From contig NC_134032.1 of NCBI RefSeq assembly GCF_964204645.1, positions 15,364,275 to 15,428,274 of the forward strand: a DNA stretch of 64,000 nt, in the 5' to 3' direction. The DNA is from Tubulanus polymorphus (taxonomy: Eukaryota > Animalia > Nemertea). The notes beneath the pieces are model-generated. The model worked only from the letters and a program-made list of their open reading frames with translations, ran no database searches and was not told the origin of the DNA. This document shows, one piece after another, positions 27,023 to 40,233 of this stretch. Position numbers and translations under genes: made by a program. Position 1 is the stretch's first letter; each line of letters begins with the position of its first letter.

Positions 27023-29207
27023 TAATGAATTCTTCTGGACAAGATATGAATATTTCTCAGAGTTCGAACCTAACTCGCATCGTGGTAGTCACAAGGGAAA
27101 CACCATAAAAAGTTTTTGGTAAAGATAACCAGCAGATAGATAACAAACAGTGAACTATCCACTGGTTGACTCTAACCAAGCCCTTGACCTTGTGACTGTC
27201 AATGAAGCCCCTTGTGTTTCAAAAAGCCACAATTCTTCATAAATGAACACTAATTCGCCACGATTAGCTGCCATTATACATCTCGGCGATTTGATATATT
27301 GCACTATCGCATAATAACATAAAAATTGATATATCATAATTTGATATATCACTCGCTATAAAACCGTATCCGAATATGAGTTTTATCTAAATAACATTAC
27401 ATTGCGTCGTAGGTATTAGCTTTGTGGATGGGATTCAATGCTTTTACACAAAGTCGTCTGCCAATGGAAGCTTAATCTCCTTAAAAGCTTATTGCCTCCA
27501 TTCCATTCACTATCCATAAGAACAAGAACAACACATCGCGTTATATCATACGTACTCGTCGTTTCGGTCGTTTGCATTCGCATTTTAGCATCGACCATTA
27601 ATCATCCGATCGTCGTTTCGTGTACGTCGACGTGTCTGTTTTCGTTTTTAGTGTCAACCCATTAATCACGTGTTTACGACGAGTAGGAAGCAGGCGGCGG
27701 CGTCGACGCGCTGATGCTCGTGTTTCCGTGACTGTTTATTGGAATAAAACACCCTTAAACACGTGTCAAGTGTAGATAGATTAATAGATTATCACGCGCT
27801 GTAATCCTCTATTCTACTTTGTTAAATGGGTCAAATTTTTCGGTGTAATTGCTATAAGTTAGTTCATGTTTTCGTTGAGGACAACAATTCAAACTTAACC
27901 GTTTTAGCCTTACACTTTTTTCGTGAAACTGGGCCCAGCGTTAAAGATATATTCCAGACCCTAGAATTTAAAATCCTGAACTGGAATATCCCTAGTAAGC
28001 TTCCTTTTTCTGGATGGCATGCTTTTATAATCGGATGTGCTTATTTCAAAAAAAAATTAAACTCAAATTTTTGGTGTAATCGCCATTGGTTACTTCGTGT
28101 TTTCAATGAGGACAACAGTTCAAACTTAACCGTTTTAGGCATAAACTTTTTCATGAAATTGTGCTCAGGACTGCACCTATATAGGGCAGAAAACCTAAGG
28201 AGGGCACTTACCGGAAGTGAAATCGATTTAACCGTTCTCATAGGGCCTAACAAAAAGATGATTATTATTCTTTTATTAATGTCTAATGTTTCTACACTGT
28301 TTGAATTAATTTTCTGACGCCGTAAAAACCGTTGCAAATATAGCTGCAAAGCAGCACTAACGGGTTTTCTGCCTAATGCATCATTAATATGCAAAAATTT
28401 TGGTAACTATAGAAATGAAAAAAATGAATATAGTTTATCTTCGGCGTTTTGAACCTGATAAAACTGGTGTATTATATCACAATAAGGCTCTACAAAAAAT
28501 CGCTATTAGCAGGCGTCATGAGACTATTCAATAAAAGTTACCTTGAATTGACGTACATCGAACCCAAACTCAAAACAGCTGTTTCAAATTTGTTGTTGTG
28601 AATTTTGGCGTTTAATCTATGACAAAACATCGGTTATTTTTCCTTTTTCCCGTTTTATAATTTTCTTCATCTTTTCGATAATTAGTTTTGACAGGATGTG
28701 CACTACGTCATCAATCAGTGTGTTGGCTAGACTGGTTGCCGGTCAATTCAAATCAATAGTCGATAAATTCAAATTCAAAATAACTTTATTGACACTTGAT
28801 AATGTTTTTTTTATCGTTATTAGTTGTCGACATTACTACAGTCTATTTATTTTTGATTGTCCACGATCTTTTTGGGAAATTTCGCTTAACTTTGGGTGTG
28901 CATACCTCAAATAGGTCTTTATTAGTTGTCGACATTAACTTAGGTAAATACTCGTGTTAATTTTTCGAAGGCGTCAACAGAATTAAGAATTATTTTTCAC
29001 GTTATCAGGTTTGTGACGACTTAACCGAACGATGATCACAACGATGATTATGTATGTTTGGTCTTTGATGATTAGAAATTATGTAACGCCGTAATTATCG
29101 ATCCGCCTCCCTAACTCAGTCGGCTGCCGATACGGATGGCAAACAGCATCGTGGATCCGAAAATGATATATCAATAAAATAATTAATTTATTTGCTGTCG
29201 ATGAATG

Positions 29208-29577
<370 letters not shown>

Positions 29578-29894
29578 CTGGAGTATGTATAGATAATTAG
29601 TAGTCTACTCTATCCCGTTATTATCGTATTTCACGCAGTTTATTGAGAGGTTTTTGTTTTGTGTCAAGTTCGTTCCAATAACCCGTATTACAAAGAGAGC
29701 TTTTCCCGATACAGGCTGTAAAAAACCCGAACGGTCGTCTGTTCGTCTGCAGTAGCGACATGCTTTGAAGCGACGCCAATCGTCTCTGTGATGTCCAGCC
29801 CGAGTTCTGTAAACATATCCGACTTGAAAGAGCTATAGCGCCCAATTATCCTACGTGACCCTAAATATGTTAGTCGCAGTTGGCAATGGAAAAT

Positions 29895-29978
29895 AAAGAG
29901 CGATGCTATTGTATTCCCAATCTGAGTGCTGAGTGGCAAGTGGGTTCGAATCCTGCTGGTTGCACTTACAGTGTGCGG
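29895..29978 (+). mobile_element. tRNA-derived SINE fragment
   Basis: gctgagtggcaagtgggttcgaatcctgctggttgcacttacagtg is homologous to the minus-strand element at 63.3-63.5 kb. Contains a B box. Confidence 0.55.
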
Positions 29979-31185
29979 GCAACAATTCAAAGTAAACAAT
30001 CCTCCAATAGGGGGTTCAGTTTTTGGAAAAAGATCCGAACGACGTAAAACATCGTAGCTGTTAGCAGCCGACAAGACTTACACTCCAACCATTTCCTAGC
30101 GGCCATATTGCGTCTGCACGTTTGGTTTCGACGATGGACGGAACAGTCCGTCAATAATTCAGGAAACAGAACCTGAACGTTGGGAAACGAAACGCATTTT
30201 CGAGTCTAGCGAAAATATCATGATTGCTCATATCAAATATCGTGCTGGGTGAAAATAAGAATTACTATACTCGGAACTATCTGAAAATTGGCACGTGTCC
30301 AATGATATGCGAAATGGGCGTTAATTACATCATATCCGGTTCTTTCGTGTCTTAGGCATTGTGGGAAGAAGTAAGAAAATTGAGAAATGTTCAGTTTTTA
30401 AAAGTTTTCAAACTGCGCGATCTTTTGTTGTCTTTTAAAGCGGAGACACTCGTCGCCATGGAAACAAAAGAAAAACGGAAAAACCGACGCGAGTGTTGTC
30501 TCTAATTACGAATGCTAATTGGCTGGAACAAAACAACGATGGTGCTTAGATAGATCCGAACTGCGACTGTCGGTTCCGTTAGAGATGTTAGTACGATAAG
30601 CACACTTAATGTTCCATTGAACTAGTGTCAAAAATAGAGACTGGCTTAAAACGTCACGACTATGCTCAATGCAATACGCGAGCGCCACGATTACGTCACT
30701 TATCTCGGTGCCGATAAAGAGAGTTTGAGGGTTCGAATCCCGATCGGAAGTCGGAATTTTTAAAAGAGAAGGGCATCGCGTAGAATCCATTACAGGAAAA
30801 ATGTCGGCTTTAAAATCATACGTAGCATATTTTAAGACTGACTAAAATCAACTTGGACTCGGCCATGGGCGGGGAGGGGGCAGTCGTATCTCAACCGACT
30901 AATCAATATTCTATGTGGTGACCTGCACCTTGAGACGAGCAACAGCTTCAGCGAAATTCCCTTAAGACGCTGACAATTGTCTTAGGAATAGTCGCTACAC
31001 AAAGACACCAAATTGAATTGTGTCGATTTAAGAACGAATTGAATTACGACCGTTGTATTGACTGGAATGATTGAAGTATTCATCGTTAGGGGAAATGTAG
31101 ATATTAGTCGTGGCCAGCTCTCATAGACTGTTCTGAAATAAGTTGACTTGTAACTCTCACGTCTGTCTGACTATACAGTTACACC

Positions 31186-31867
31186 GTTCACAGCTGTGGC
31201 GGGAGTGGAGCGGTCGCGATAGGTTCTCAGTGAACCCCCTCCCCTCACAGCTGTAGCGGGAGTGGAGCGGTCGCGATAGGTTCTCAGTGAACCCCCTCAC
31301 CCCCCACAGCTGTGGTGGGTGAGGGGGTTCACACTATGTTCTCAGTGAACCCCCTCCCCTCACAGCTGTAGTGGGAGAGCAGTGAGTAGAACAGTCACAA
31401 TAGGTTCTCGGTGAACCCTCTCCCCTCACAGCTGTAGCGGGAGAGTAGCGAGTAGAACAGTCGCAATAGGTTCTCGATGAACCCACTCCCCTCACAGTCT
31501 GACTCTAGGTTCACTAATAACACTGATAATTTCACAGTATATATGGTAATCTCACTATAAGCTACCAGCGCCGTTCTCGATGAACCCACTCCCCTCACAG
31601 TCTGACTCTAGGTTCACTAATAACACTGATAATTTCACAGTATATATGGTAATCTCACTATAAGCTACCAGCGCCGTTCTCGATGAACCCACTCCCCTCA
31701 CAGTCTGACTCTAGGTTCACTAATTTCACAGTATATATGGTAATCTCACTATAAGCTTCCAGCGCCGTTCTCGATGAACCCACTCCCCTCACAGTCTGAC
31801 TCTAGGTTCACTAATTTCACAGTATATATGGTAATCTCACTATAAGCTACCAGCGCCGTTCTCGATG
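31186..31867. repeat. Compound minisatellite (about 55-65-bp units switching to about 90-100-bp units)
   Basis: A shared core ttctcagtgaaccccctcccctcacag is followed first by ctgtagcgggagtggagcgg and then by tctgactctaggttcactaat...taagctaccagcgccg. Confidence 0.88.
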
Positions 31868-33089
31868 CTGATATAAGTACATCACAATTTGGCTGGTATG
31901 ATTATCGTGTATATAAATATGTGAGTGTGTGTACAGTATGTATAGGATATCGGAGGGAGACTGCAGATGGGACGGATGTCGAGGATGAGACTGCAGCAGT
32001 CGCTCTCTGGACGACCACTTGTTGCGTTATTTCGATGTAGATTTCTATGATTGGTTATGCCTTATGTTTGCTTAATCGAGGGTCGGACGGTGTTTACTCG
32101 TTTAAAAATGCATCCGGTTTGTTTTTAGTTTTTCGTGACCTCATTTTCGCCGGTTTCTCATTTCAGATACGGAAGTTGGACCGACGCGCCATCTCACGGT
32201 TATACGAAGCACTAATCTATCCGAAGGCAGGGGTAAATATGAATTCATTATGTTTAAAACGACTTTAAAGTTTAAGACAATGGTAACGCTATACTGTGGC
32301 AAGCGAGTATCCGCCAGGTGTCGCCAGTGGAACTATTTCATCGAGCTTTAATTCCTTCAATTGAATGTCTATTTGAGACACGTTTGATAATTTTTCGGAT
32401 TTTCGGATTTTTCGGAAAAATATATTTAAAAATTCATCGAAAATGAACTGATTTTCGCTGCGAATGTCCCAGTGTTTTGTGGCGCCATCTGGTGAGTACC
32501 GGTACCCTATTCAATGAAACGATATAATTTTAAATCGATATTTTCAACCTTTATTCTCTCAGGTTAACTGCTAGGCAACTTATTTTGTTTAGTTTTTAAG
32601 CTTATCTGTTCGGGTGTCTTATTATAGGTTTTTCGTCCGAAAAAAAAATTGTTTGTAAGTTTGTTATTTTTAATATATAGCTCAGTTTTGTCGATGAAAC
32701 GTCGGTAGTGAACTAATTTTTAAGCCAGACCGTCGAACTTTAACGACGACTAACGCGCCGTCCTATAAACAAAAAGAAAACTATGCAAATGAGGGTAATT
32801 GAATTTGATGGATTGGATATTGTATTCGTATCAGACATTGCGCATCATCATCATCAGCGTAGTCTGTGCGAACTGCGCTGTGTGTGTGTCTGTATGTACA
32901 GAACAAGCCGTGAATATTTTTATCAAGAGGAGACTTTACCCGCCGTGTGTTTATGATGTGTGTGTAACAGTTAATATGCATTGAATAATGTATGGCTCTA
33001 AAATTTCACACTGTTTTTAAACTATGAATAGTGATGCATACATCGACCATTTCTACGCTTTTATATCGATACCTCTGGGCCCGGTACAG

Positions 33090-33245
33090 AACTTAGACTA
33101 ACTCCAACAGTAGGACTAGTTTTAAGTTGTCAGATTGGTTATATAACCAAAATGAGCTTAGACTGGTCTTAAGTTGTCAGATTGCTATAGAACCAAAATG
33201 AGTTTAGACTGGTCTGAAGTTGTTAGATTGGTTAAGGAACCAAAA
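33090..33245 (+). repeat. 47-bp minisatellite, about 3 units
   Basis: ttagactggtcttaagttgtcagattg units. Confidence 0.8.
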
Positions 33246-33305
33246 ATTGAAATCCAAAATCCAAAATCAACTTCAAGCGGGATTCACCAAAATTTAGAAA
33301 AAATT

Positions 33306-33334
33306 TGCATCGGCTTGGAATCGAACCCGGGCCC
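33306..33334 (-). pseudogene. tRNA-Gly 3' fragment (T arm and acceptor 3' strand only)
   Basis: tgcatcggcttggaatcgaacccgggccc, after which similarity stops. Confidence 0.75.
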
Positions 33335-33497
33335 TTTATACACTTAAGCTTGTGCAGTATTAAAACACATTGTATAAGCTGACCCTCATTGCCGATCAGT
33401 GAAGACCAGTTACAAATGTAAAATCTCACAGAAAAAAAGATTCTTATATCCACAATGCGCTTTAAACGTGGCAAAAATAAATTTCGTAAAAGAACTT

Positions 33498-33567
33498 TGC
33501 ATCGGCCGGGAATCGAACCCGGGCCCCCGCGTGGCAGGCGAGAATTCTACCACTGAACCACCGATGC
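33498..33567 (-). tRNA. tRNA-Gly (GCC), with a G-run one base shorter than the 39.8-kb copy
   Basis: GCATCGGTGGTTCAGTGGTAGAATTCTCGCCTGCCACGCGGGGGCCCGGGTTCGATTCCCGGCCGATGCA (70 nt). TTTT lies downstream. Confidence 0.88.
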
Positions 33568-35724
33568 TTGTTAGATGCCCGACAATAGTTAGTGTTCAAG
33601 TCAAATCAAGCCAGGTGACTACAGCTTGTGGCATTACAATAGTTTATACATCATTTTTAAGCTTTCTTCTACAATCTGTCACTTTGATCGTCTGGTGTAT
33701 TCTTGCGCGCACGTGTCTCGTCTGCACAAATGGTGAACTATGATTATACAATCAATGGCTGTAATTGGTCTCGAATAAACCGTTGACATCGAGGGAATTG
33801 TGATGAGAGTCGATCGTCTGCCCGAGTACCCGTGGGACGATGCGGTCAGGCCCGAGGGACTGTACTGTACGGGCTAATTAGACCCGGTCTGTCGTCTTAT
33901 CCCTATTACCAGTTATTACCGGTAATGCCCGTTGAGTTATGTAATTAGCGGCGGTGTACAAGACACAACGTCAACCGTCGCGATTGTTGATTAGCTGTTG
34001 CTCCGGATACGCGGCTAACGGCGTTGATTGTCATGAATTTTAAAATTCGGTGACCCGATTGACTCGATCCATCGATCGATCGATTTAAGTCGACGCGACA
34101 TTCGACTTTCGATTAGTTTCAGCTATGAATATATGATTATTTGTTGTAATTGGCAAAAAGCGAAGACCGGATGTAATCATCAGGCGACCATGGCCTTACG
34201 CCCATTTTGTGCCCACCTTGCATCCACCTCATGCCCGCCAAGTGCGCCCACCTCGTGCCCGACTCAACCGATCAGTTTTACAGTGAAATATTCACATAGA
34301 TTCCGAAATTTAACTAACGCGAATTCATTTTCTGAGGCGAGTTCACAACTCAGCTAAAACGAACTCGTGAGGAGGCCGAATATCGAGATTGTTGTCATCG
34401 ACTGATTTGAAACCTGACGCTGGTGAAAAATAAAGAAAGTGACCCCCGGGCTTCAGAGCGGCCGGTGTCGTATAAAACGAGACTGTCGTGACCTATTCGA
34501 CCCGGCGTTTTTAACGCGATCTTATTTACGCGGATGCACAAAACCATTTCACTCGCTGTATAAACGGATCTATTTTCACGCGCGCATTAATCGATTCGTC
34601 CTCCATTTTTCGGCGATAGATAAAAAAACACTTTATTAAAGAAAATAGAACGGAGATGAATAACGACAATTAAGAAGACGAGAAAACTTTGATAAGAAAT
34701 AAAAAAATTTTCCAGAAATGTTTTCGAAAAAGATGAATGTAGATTAATGTCGTCTTGCGATGACCTGGACTAAGAAACTCGTTCACGTAAAGGATAATCA
34801 ACGCCTAAACGTACTCTCATAGAAACAACAACAAACAATATCAGCGCTTACATGCGTCGATTTAACGTTAGTTTACGCTGCCGACGTTAGAAATAAATCG
34901 ACTGTTTGACGTAAATAATTAAACGTTTACGTTGTATCTGCAAGTGTTCACGTCTATCAGACGGTGGTATATACACGATAACGTCAACGTTGTTCAACGT
35001 ATTGTAAATACGTAATGAACGTACAGAACGTATAGACAATGTATTTGTTACGTTTATCCGATTGTTGAATTATTCATTTGTGTCTCTATGTGACTGGAAT
35101 TAATACCTACCCCAGTGGTAAAGGTCAATGGCAGCCATTTTGAGTTTGGGTAACAAAATACCTCAAGTCAGCTAACTTGATTTGATTAATAAATGGTCAC
35201 TCATCAGCCATCTAATTAATTAGGCCGTCAAAATCGCCGCCCAGGCCATACAAATTGATTTGACAACTAATATAGCGCAAGTCAGTCATCTTGATTTTTG
35301 GCTGCCAACATAGCCGCAAGTCAGCCATCTCGATTTTGAGTACGAATATAATTACAAGTCAGCCATCTTGATTTTTCGTTTCTGGAGCTTTAGAACAATA
35401 ATCTTCGAGTGGAAAATGTATCAATTCTTAACTCTCAATCTTTATTGGCAGTTCTCGTAATATCTCGCGATAATCTCGCAAAACGTTCGCGTCACCGAAA
35501 CGTAATTAGTTCAAGCCGTTTCGTCGATTCCGAAATGAGTTTTGAACGTTAAATTTGACGTAATCAACGTTTAAAATCTTATAAACGGCGTTCGAAACGT
35601 ATAGCGCGTAGCGTTGATGTCTCATTCGAGTAAAGATATTTAACTTGGGGTTCGGGGAGGGGGAAGGATTGGGGGCTTAAGATATAGATAGCAAGCATAG
35701 TCTGTCGTTATTACGCTGACGGTA

Positions 35725-36115
35725 TTGTGGTAGCAATCAGGGATCCACTAGATGGCGCCAGTGTGGATTCGTTCTCAAAGTGACGCCATAAACCTACTGC
35801 GGCAATCAGGGATCCGCTAGATGGAGCAAGCGTGAAACAGCTATTGTTTCGCCACAAATGCAACGGTGGCAATCGAGGATCCGTTAGGTGGCGCTTATGT
35901 TTAATCAGTTTTCCACTCGTTTATCTTAATAACGGAATACCTCGTAACGCCTACTGTGGCAATCGAGGATATGTTAGGTGGCGCTAGTGTGAAGTTACGT
36001 GTGGGAATCGAGGTTACACTAGGTGGCGCTAGTGTCTAATCAGTCTTGTCTATCCGTATAACGGTATATACCTTGTAACGTCGGCTGTGGCACTCGAGGA
36101 TCCGCTAGGTGTCAC
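35725..36115 (+). promoter_or_regulatory. Cluster of CTCF-like motifs, forward orientation
   Basis: ccactagatggcgcc, ccgctagatggagc, ccgttaggtggcgct, gttaggtggcgct, cactaggtggcgct and ccgctaggtgtc, mostly preceded by tgtggcaatcgaggat. Confidence 0.5.
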
Positions 36116-36542
36116 ATGCTGGTCGGCCAGAAGGATAGAGGTTAGAATTTATATCGGCTGACGACAGTTTCTCAAAATAATGAGCGGTGCGGGAAGGCAG
36201 GAAATGACGTCATCGGTATTGCCTGCGGACACGTGACATGTTCAGTTAATTCATCCTCTGCGACATGATCGAAGATTCTCTCTGTCTGTGTCATTCTTTC
36301 TAACACCGAAAGAAACAGAAATCGATTTCTTCTGTTACTGATCGAATTACTATCGACATTTCTCTCTATTCACCAGCGGCAGCAGATACAGAAAGTAAAA
36401 CAAAGTCGTCTGCGACACAACCATCAGCATGATATAGAGACAAATTGAGTCAGTACAGACTGGTGCACGAGTGTGTGTGATTGCTATAGTGGTCGTAGCT
36501 TTGATCGTACATCAAAAAGTTACATTCAATCGAATTATATTT

Positions 36543-37229
36543 CCTGTCCTCTCCCTCTCCCTCTCCCTCTCCCTCTGCCTCTGCCTCTGCCTCTGCCTCT
36601 GCCTCTGCCTCTGCCTCTCCCTCTCCCTCTCCCTCTCCCTCTCCCTCTCCCTCTCCCTCTCCCTCTCCCTCTCCCTCTCCCTCTCCCTCTCCCTCTGCCT
36701 CTGCCTCTGCCTCTGCCTCTCCCTCTCCCTCTCCCTTCTGCCTCTCCCTCTCCCTCTCCCTCTCCCTCTCCCTCTCCCTCTCCCCCTCCCCCATCCCCCT
36801 CTCCCTCTCCCTCTCCCTCTCCCCCTCCCCCTCCCCCCTCCCCCTCCCCCTCTGCCTCTCCCTCTCCCTCTCCCTCTCCCTCTGCCTCTCCCCTCTCCCT
36901 CTCCATCTCCCTCTCCCTCTCCCTCTCCCTCTCCCTCTCCCTCTCCCCTCTCCCCCTCCCCCTCCCCCTCTCCCTCTCCCTCTCCCTCTCCCTCTCTCTC
37001 TCCCCCTCTCCCTCTCCCTCTCCCTCTCCCTCTCCCTCTCCCTCTCCATCTCTCTCCCTCTCCATCTCCCTCTCCCTCCCTCTCTCCCTCTCCCTCTCCC
37101 TCTCCCTCTCCCTCTCCCTCTCCCTCTCCCTCTCCCTCTATATCTCTCTCCATCTCCCTCTCTCTATCTCTCTCCATCTCCCTCCCTGTCCTTGTCCTTA
37201 TCCCTGTTCCTCCTGTCCCTCTCTCCCTC
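36543..37229. repeat. (CCCTCT)n/(GCCTCT)n pyrimidine microsatellite
   Basis: Direct inspection. Confidence 0.95.
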
Positions 37230-37884
37230 GAATTATATCTTATTCTAAAATAACATCATTTGACATTAGAGACAGCGCTTGAATGAGTGAGTCACTCTTA
37301 CTCCCCCCCCCTCTCTCTCACACTCTCTTCTCTCTCTATCTCTCTCCCTCACTCCCACAACTAACTTATCTGATAATGAGTCAAAAATATGGATCAATTT
37401 GTGGCAGTGTTGTGACAAGTGACAACATCAATTCGGTAATCACGCTTCACAGAGAAAGAGAGAGACACGGAGAGGGAACGGCCAGGGGGTAAATTGTATC
37501 ACCAATAAAAATCCAATCAATGTTTCTCAGTCCGACTAAAGAACCAGAGACTGTTGTCCTTCACTAATCCCTGAAGCGAGCAGCCGATAGAACGCGCCTT
37601 TCGCAGATATACCGCCTCACGCGGTCATACGTCAAAAGAGACTGCGCTACTATTATACGTGCAAGAACTGAATTACTGATAGTCGGTCGGTAATCGAGTT
37701 TTCGGAGAAATTCGTCTGGCCTGCGTTTCATACAGTGACATTAATGTCAGGTTATATCTCTGATTCTGGTTGTCTGGATGTAAGGTATCTTACTCGAAGA
37801 GGTGAGACTCCCTGCCATGTAGACACCCATCACAAACCCCTGCTCCAGTAGACCATGGACGTATAAACTAGATGATCTAGTTTA

Positions 37885-38150
37885 TACGTCCATGAGTAGA
37901 CTAACGCCTCGCGGGGATTTGGACCTGGTGACATCGTGAGACCATGGACGTATAAACTACGTCCATGGTGAGACTCAGTGTCACAGTACAAACCATCATG
38001 AGACTCTGTCACAGTACAAACCCCTGCCCTAGTAGACACATCCTCCCTCAACAGGGATTCAAACATGATGGCATCATGAGACTTTGTCACAGTGCAAACC
38101 CCTCACAGGACACATCCTCACAGGAACAGGTTCGAATCCCCGTCGAGGAG
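37885..38150 (-). repeat. Degenerate copies of the B-box-containing 52-bp unit seen at 61.1-61.3 kb
   Basis: Reverse complements ggtctcacgatgtcaccaggtccaaatcccc and gtgacaaagtctcatgatgccatcatgtttgaatccctgttgagggagga. Confidence 0.6.
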
Positions 38151-39722
38151 CCTCTCCGTGGCACTAGTTGACACATCCTCCCTAGAAGATGATGACATCG
38201 TGGTAGCAAATTAACCTTGACGTAAAGCCCTGAACACTTCTCCGAAACGTTGACAATCTAATGATTGATGATTTCTGGTGGTCGATGCAGCAGCAGCAGC
38301 AGCAGGAACAGGAGAGGTGTCAACCCGCTACCTGTAAACACTGTATGTGACACCAGTGAGTTACAGAGACTGCTGTTATTGATGGTTGTGTCGTCACGCC
38401 CGCGTGAAATTATACACATTATCATCAGTGTAGGGCATGATAGCGACAAGTGTCTATCCTGGTTGAACTGGTTGAATTGTTAACTCTTTGCAGTAAGATC
38501 GAGTTTTTCAGAACCTAGTTCCACAGTCGTTTCTTCTAATGAAGCTTCAACTTTAAACTAATAACTGTCTCTAATAGAGTCCGCCTATAACGTCACTAAA
38601 TGTTATATCGTATAGTAGCTGTACGTATGGTTCTATAAATATCTGCAGGGTCGCGAGTCATTTACCTTACTTTCGGCTTTAAATCTTTTTCCCAAAAATG
38701 GTACAACCGGCTGTACCTTGGGTCCGTAGAGAATATTATATAGTCTGGAATTCAACTCTCGTCTCCGCCCCGCCTCCTGGCGCTGAGACGAAGAACTACC
38801 GACATTTTGTGCATCGTCGAGCTCCAAAAAAGAGAAATGTCGTAAGGATTTTAGGCGAATATTTTTATGTTCGTTAGCGGAATTATAAGGATCGGTTTGT
38901 ATGTGCGGAATTCGACGCCGACGAGATTCTCGTCCTAACTCGCGAGATAGTACGAGAACTGGAGAGAGATAATAGGATGTAAAGCTTTCCGTAAACCCAT
39001 CCACATAGCAGCAGCGAGAAGCACGTTCCCGTCAGCAAAATCTCTAACGGATTTATATAAAGACTCGGAGAAGTGTGATTAGCCGGTTTTCTCTTCCCCC
39101 TTGAGCGTGTGGTGGATTTCTTCCGGTGCGCGTGAGAGGTTCGGTGATCGCGTTAGGATATTCTGAAGACGATCGATACCGGGTCGCGGAAGAGCTAATC
39201 GTCCGCCGTTAGCCATATTTTTCATAACTGAAAAGAATTTCTGATATTCGACGGAAAATCGAAAAGATACTGTAGATTGTCTGGACTGGATTTCTTTTAG
39301 AATTCCTGGTCGTTGTTGACTCGTTGCGCAAGACTCACTTTACACTAGCGCCGCCTAGTGACAGATCCTCGATGTCGTTAGACGAAGGCATGAAATTGAG
39401 AGCGCCCTCTTTCGAGCGGATTCGATTGAATCATCAGTTTTCAGGTCACGCGCGCGCATATTGCGAATTCCACTAATTCGTCTTATAACAGACAGTCGAT
39501 TCTAAAAGTCTAGAGGGACCACCGACTGTCTTCGGCGGGATCTGACTTCTTTGATGGGAGATTGATTTAGTTCCAGTTCACTGTTTCAACTCCCGATCTG
39601 TTAACTCAGTCACGTGGTGTGTCGTCTGTTCCTTGGCTCGACGATAATAAATGCGAAGGCGTTAATGAGTCTTTGATGTTCGACTGTGTAATCTATTTAT
39701 CCACGGCCGACCTGCTGCTGCT

Positions 39723-39755
<33 letters not shown>

Positions 39756-39838
39756 TGATTAAAAGACTGGAAATCATGGTACAATAGATATCATATTTAA
39801 AAAAATAAATTCGCTTGAAGTCGGTTCAAAAACATGAT

Positions 39839-39909
39839 TGCATCGGCCGGGAATCGAACCCGGGCCCCCCGCGTGGCAGGCGAGAATTCTACCACTGAAC
39901 CACCGATGC
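39839..39909 (-). tRNA. tRNA-Gly (GCC)
   Basis: Canonical 71-nt sequence GCATCGGTGGTTCAGTGGTAGAATTCTCGCCTGCCACGCGGGGGGCCCGGGTTCGATTCCCGGCCGATGCA. TTTTT lies just downstream. Confidence 0.96.
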
Positions 39910-40162
39910 TTGGTGACTGAGCTACAATCTGAAGTGAAAAATTCCGATCCAGGACACTTTGAAAACGTGCAGGTGTGTTTGACATTTGATGATATATACT
40001 TTACCTTTAGCACAATATCAAAAAAACATTGTATAAAGCTGGGCTTCATTTCCGATGGTGCAGACCAGTTACAAATGTAGAATCTCACGGAAAAAAAACG
40101 AATTCCTGATATGTAAAATGCTTTAAAACGAGTCAAAAATGATTCACGAAAAAAAATTAAGC

Positions 40163-40233
40163 CTAATCGGCCGGGAATCGAACCCGGGCCCCCCGCGTGG
40201 CAGGCGAGAATTCTACCATTGAACCACCGATGC
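40163..40233 (-). pseudogene. tRNA-Gly (GCC) with a disrupted acceptor stem, probable pseudogene
   Basis: The 3' end reads CCGATTAG instead of CCGATGCA, so pairs 1-72 and 2-71 are lost. The D-loop reads AATGG instead of AGTGG. Confidence 0.75.

Noticed and set aside
30690-30760. Isolated GGTTCGAATCC motifs (also about 10640, 38130, 47430 and 48130) as tRNA genes
   Set aside because: No acceptor, D or anticodon stems could be formed. They are at most SINE or tRNA relics.
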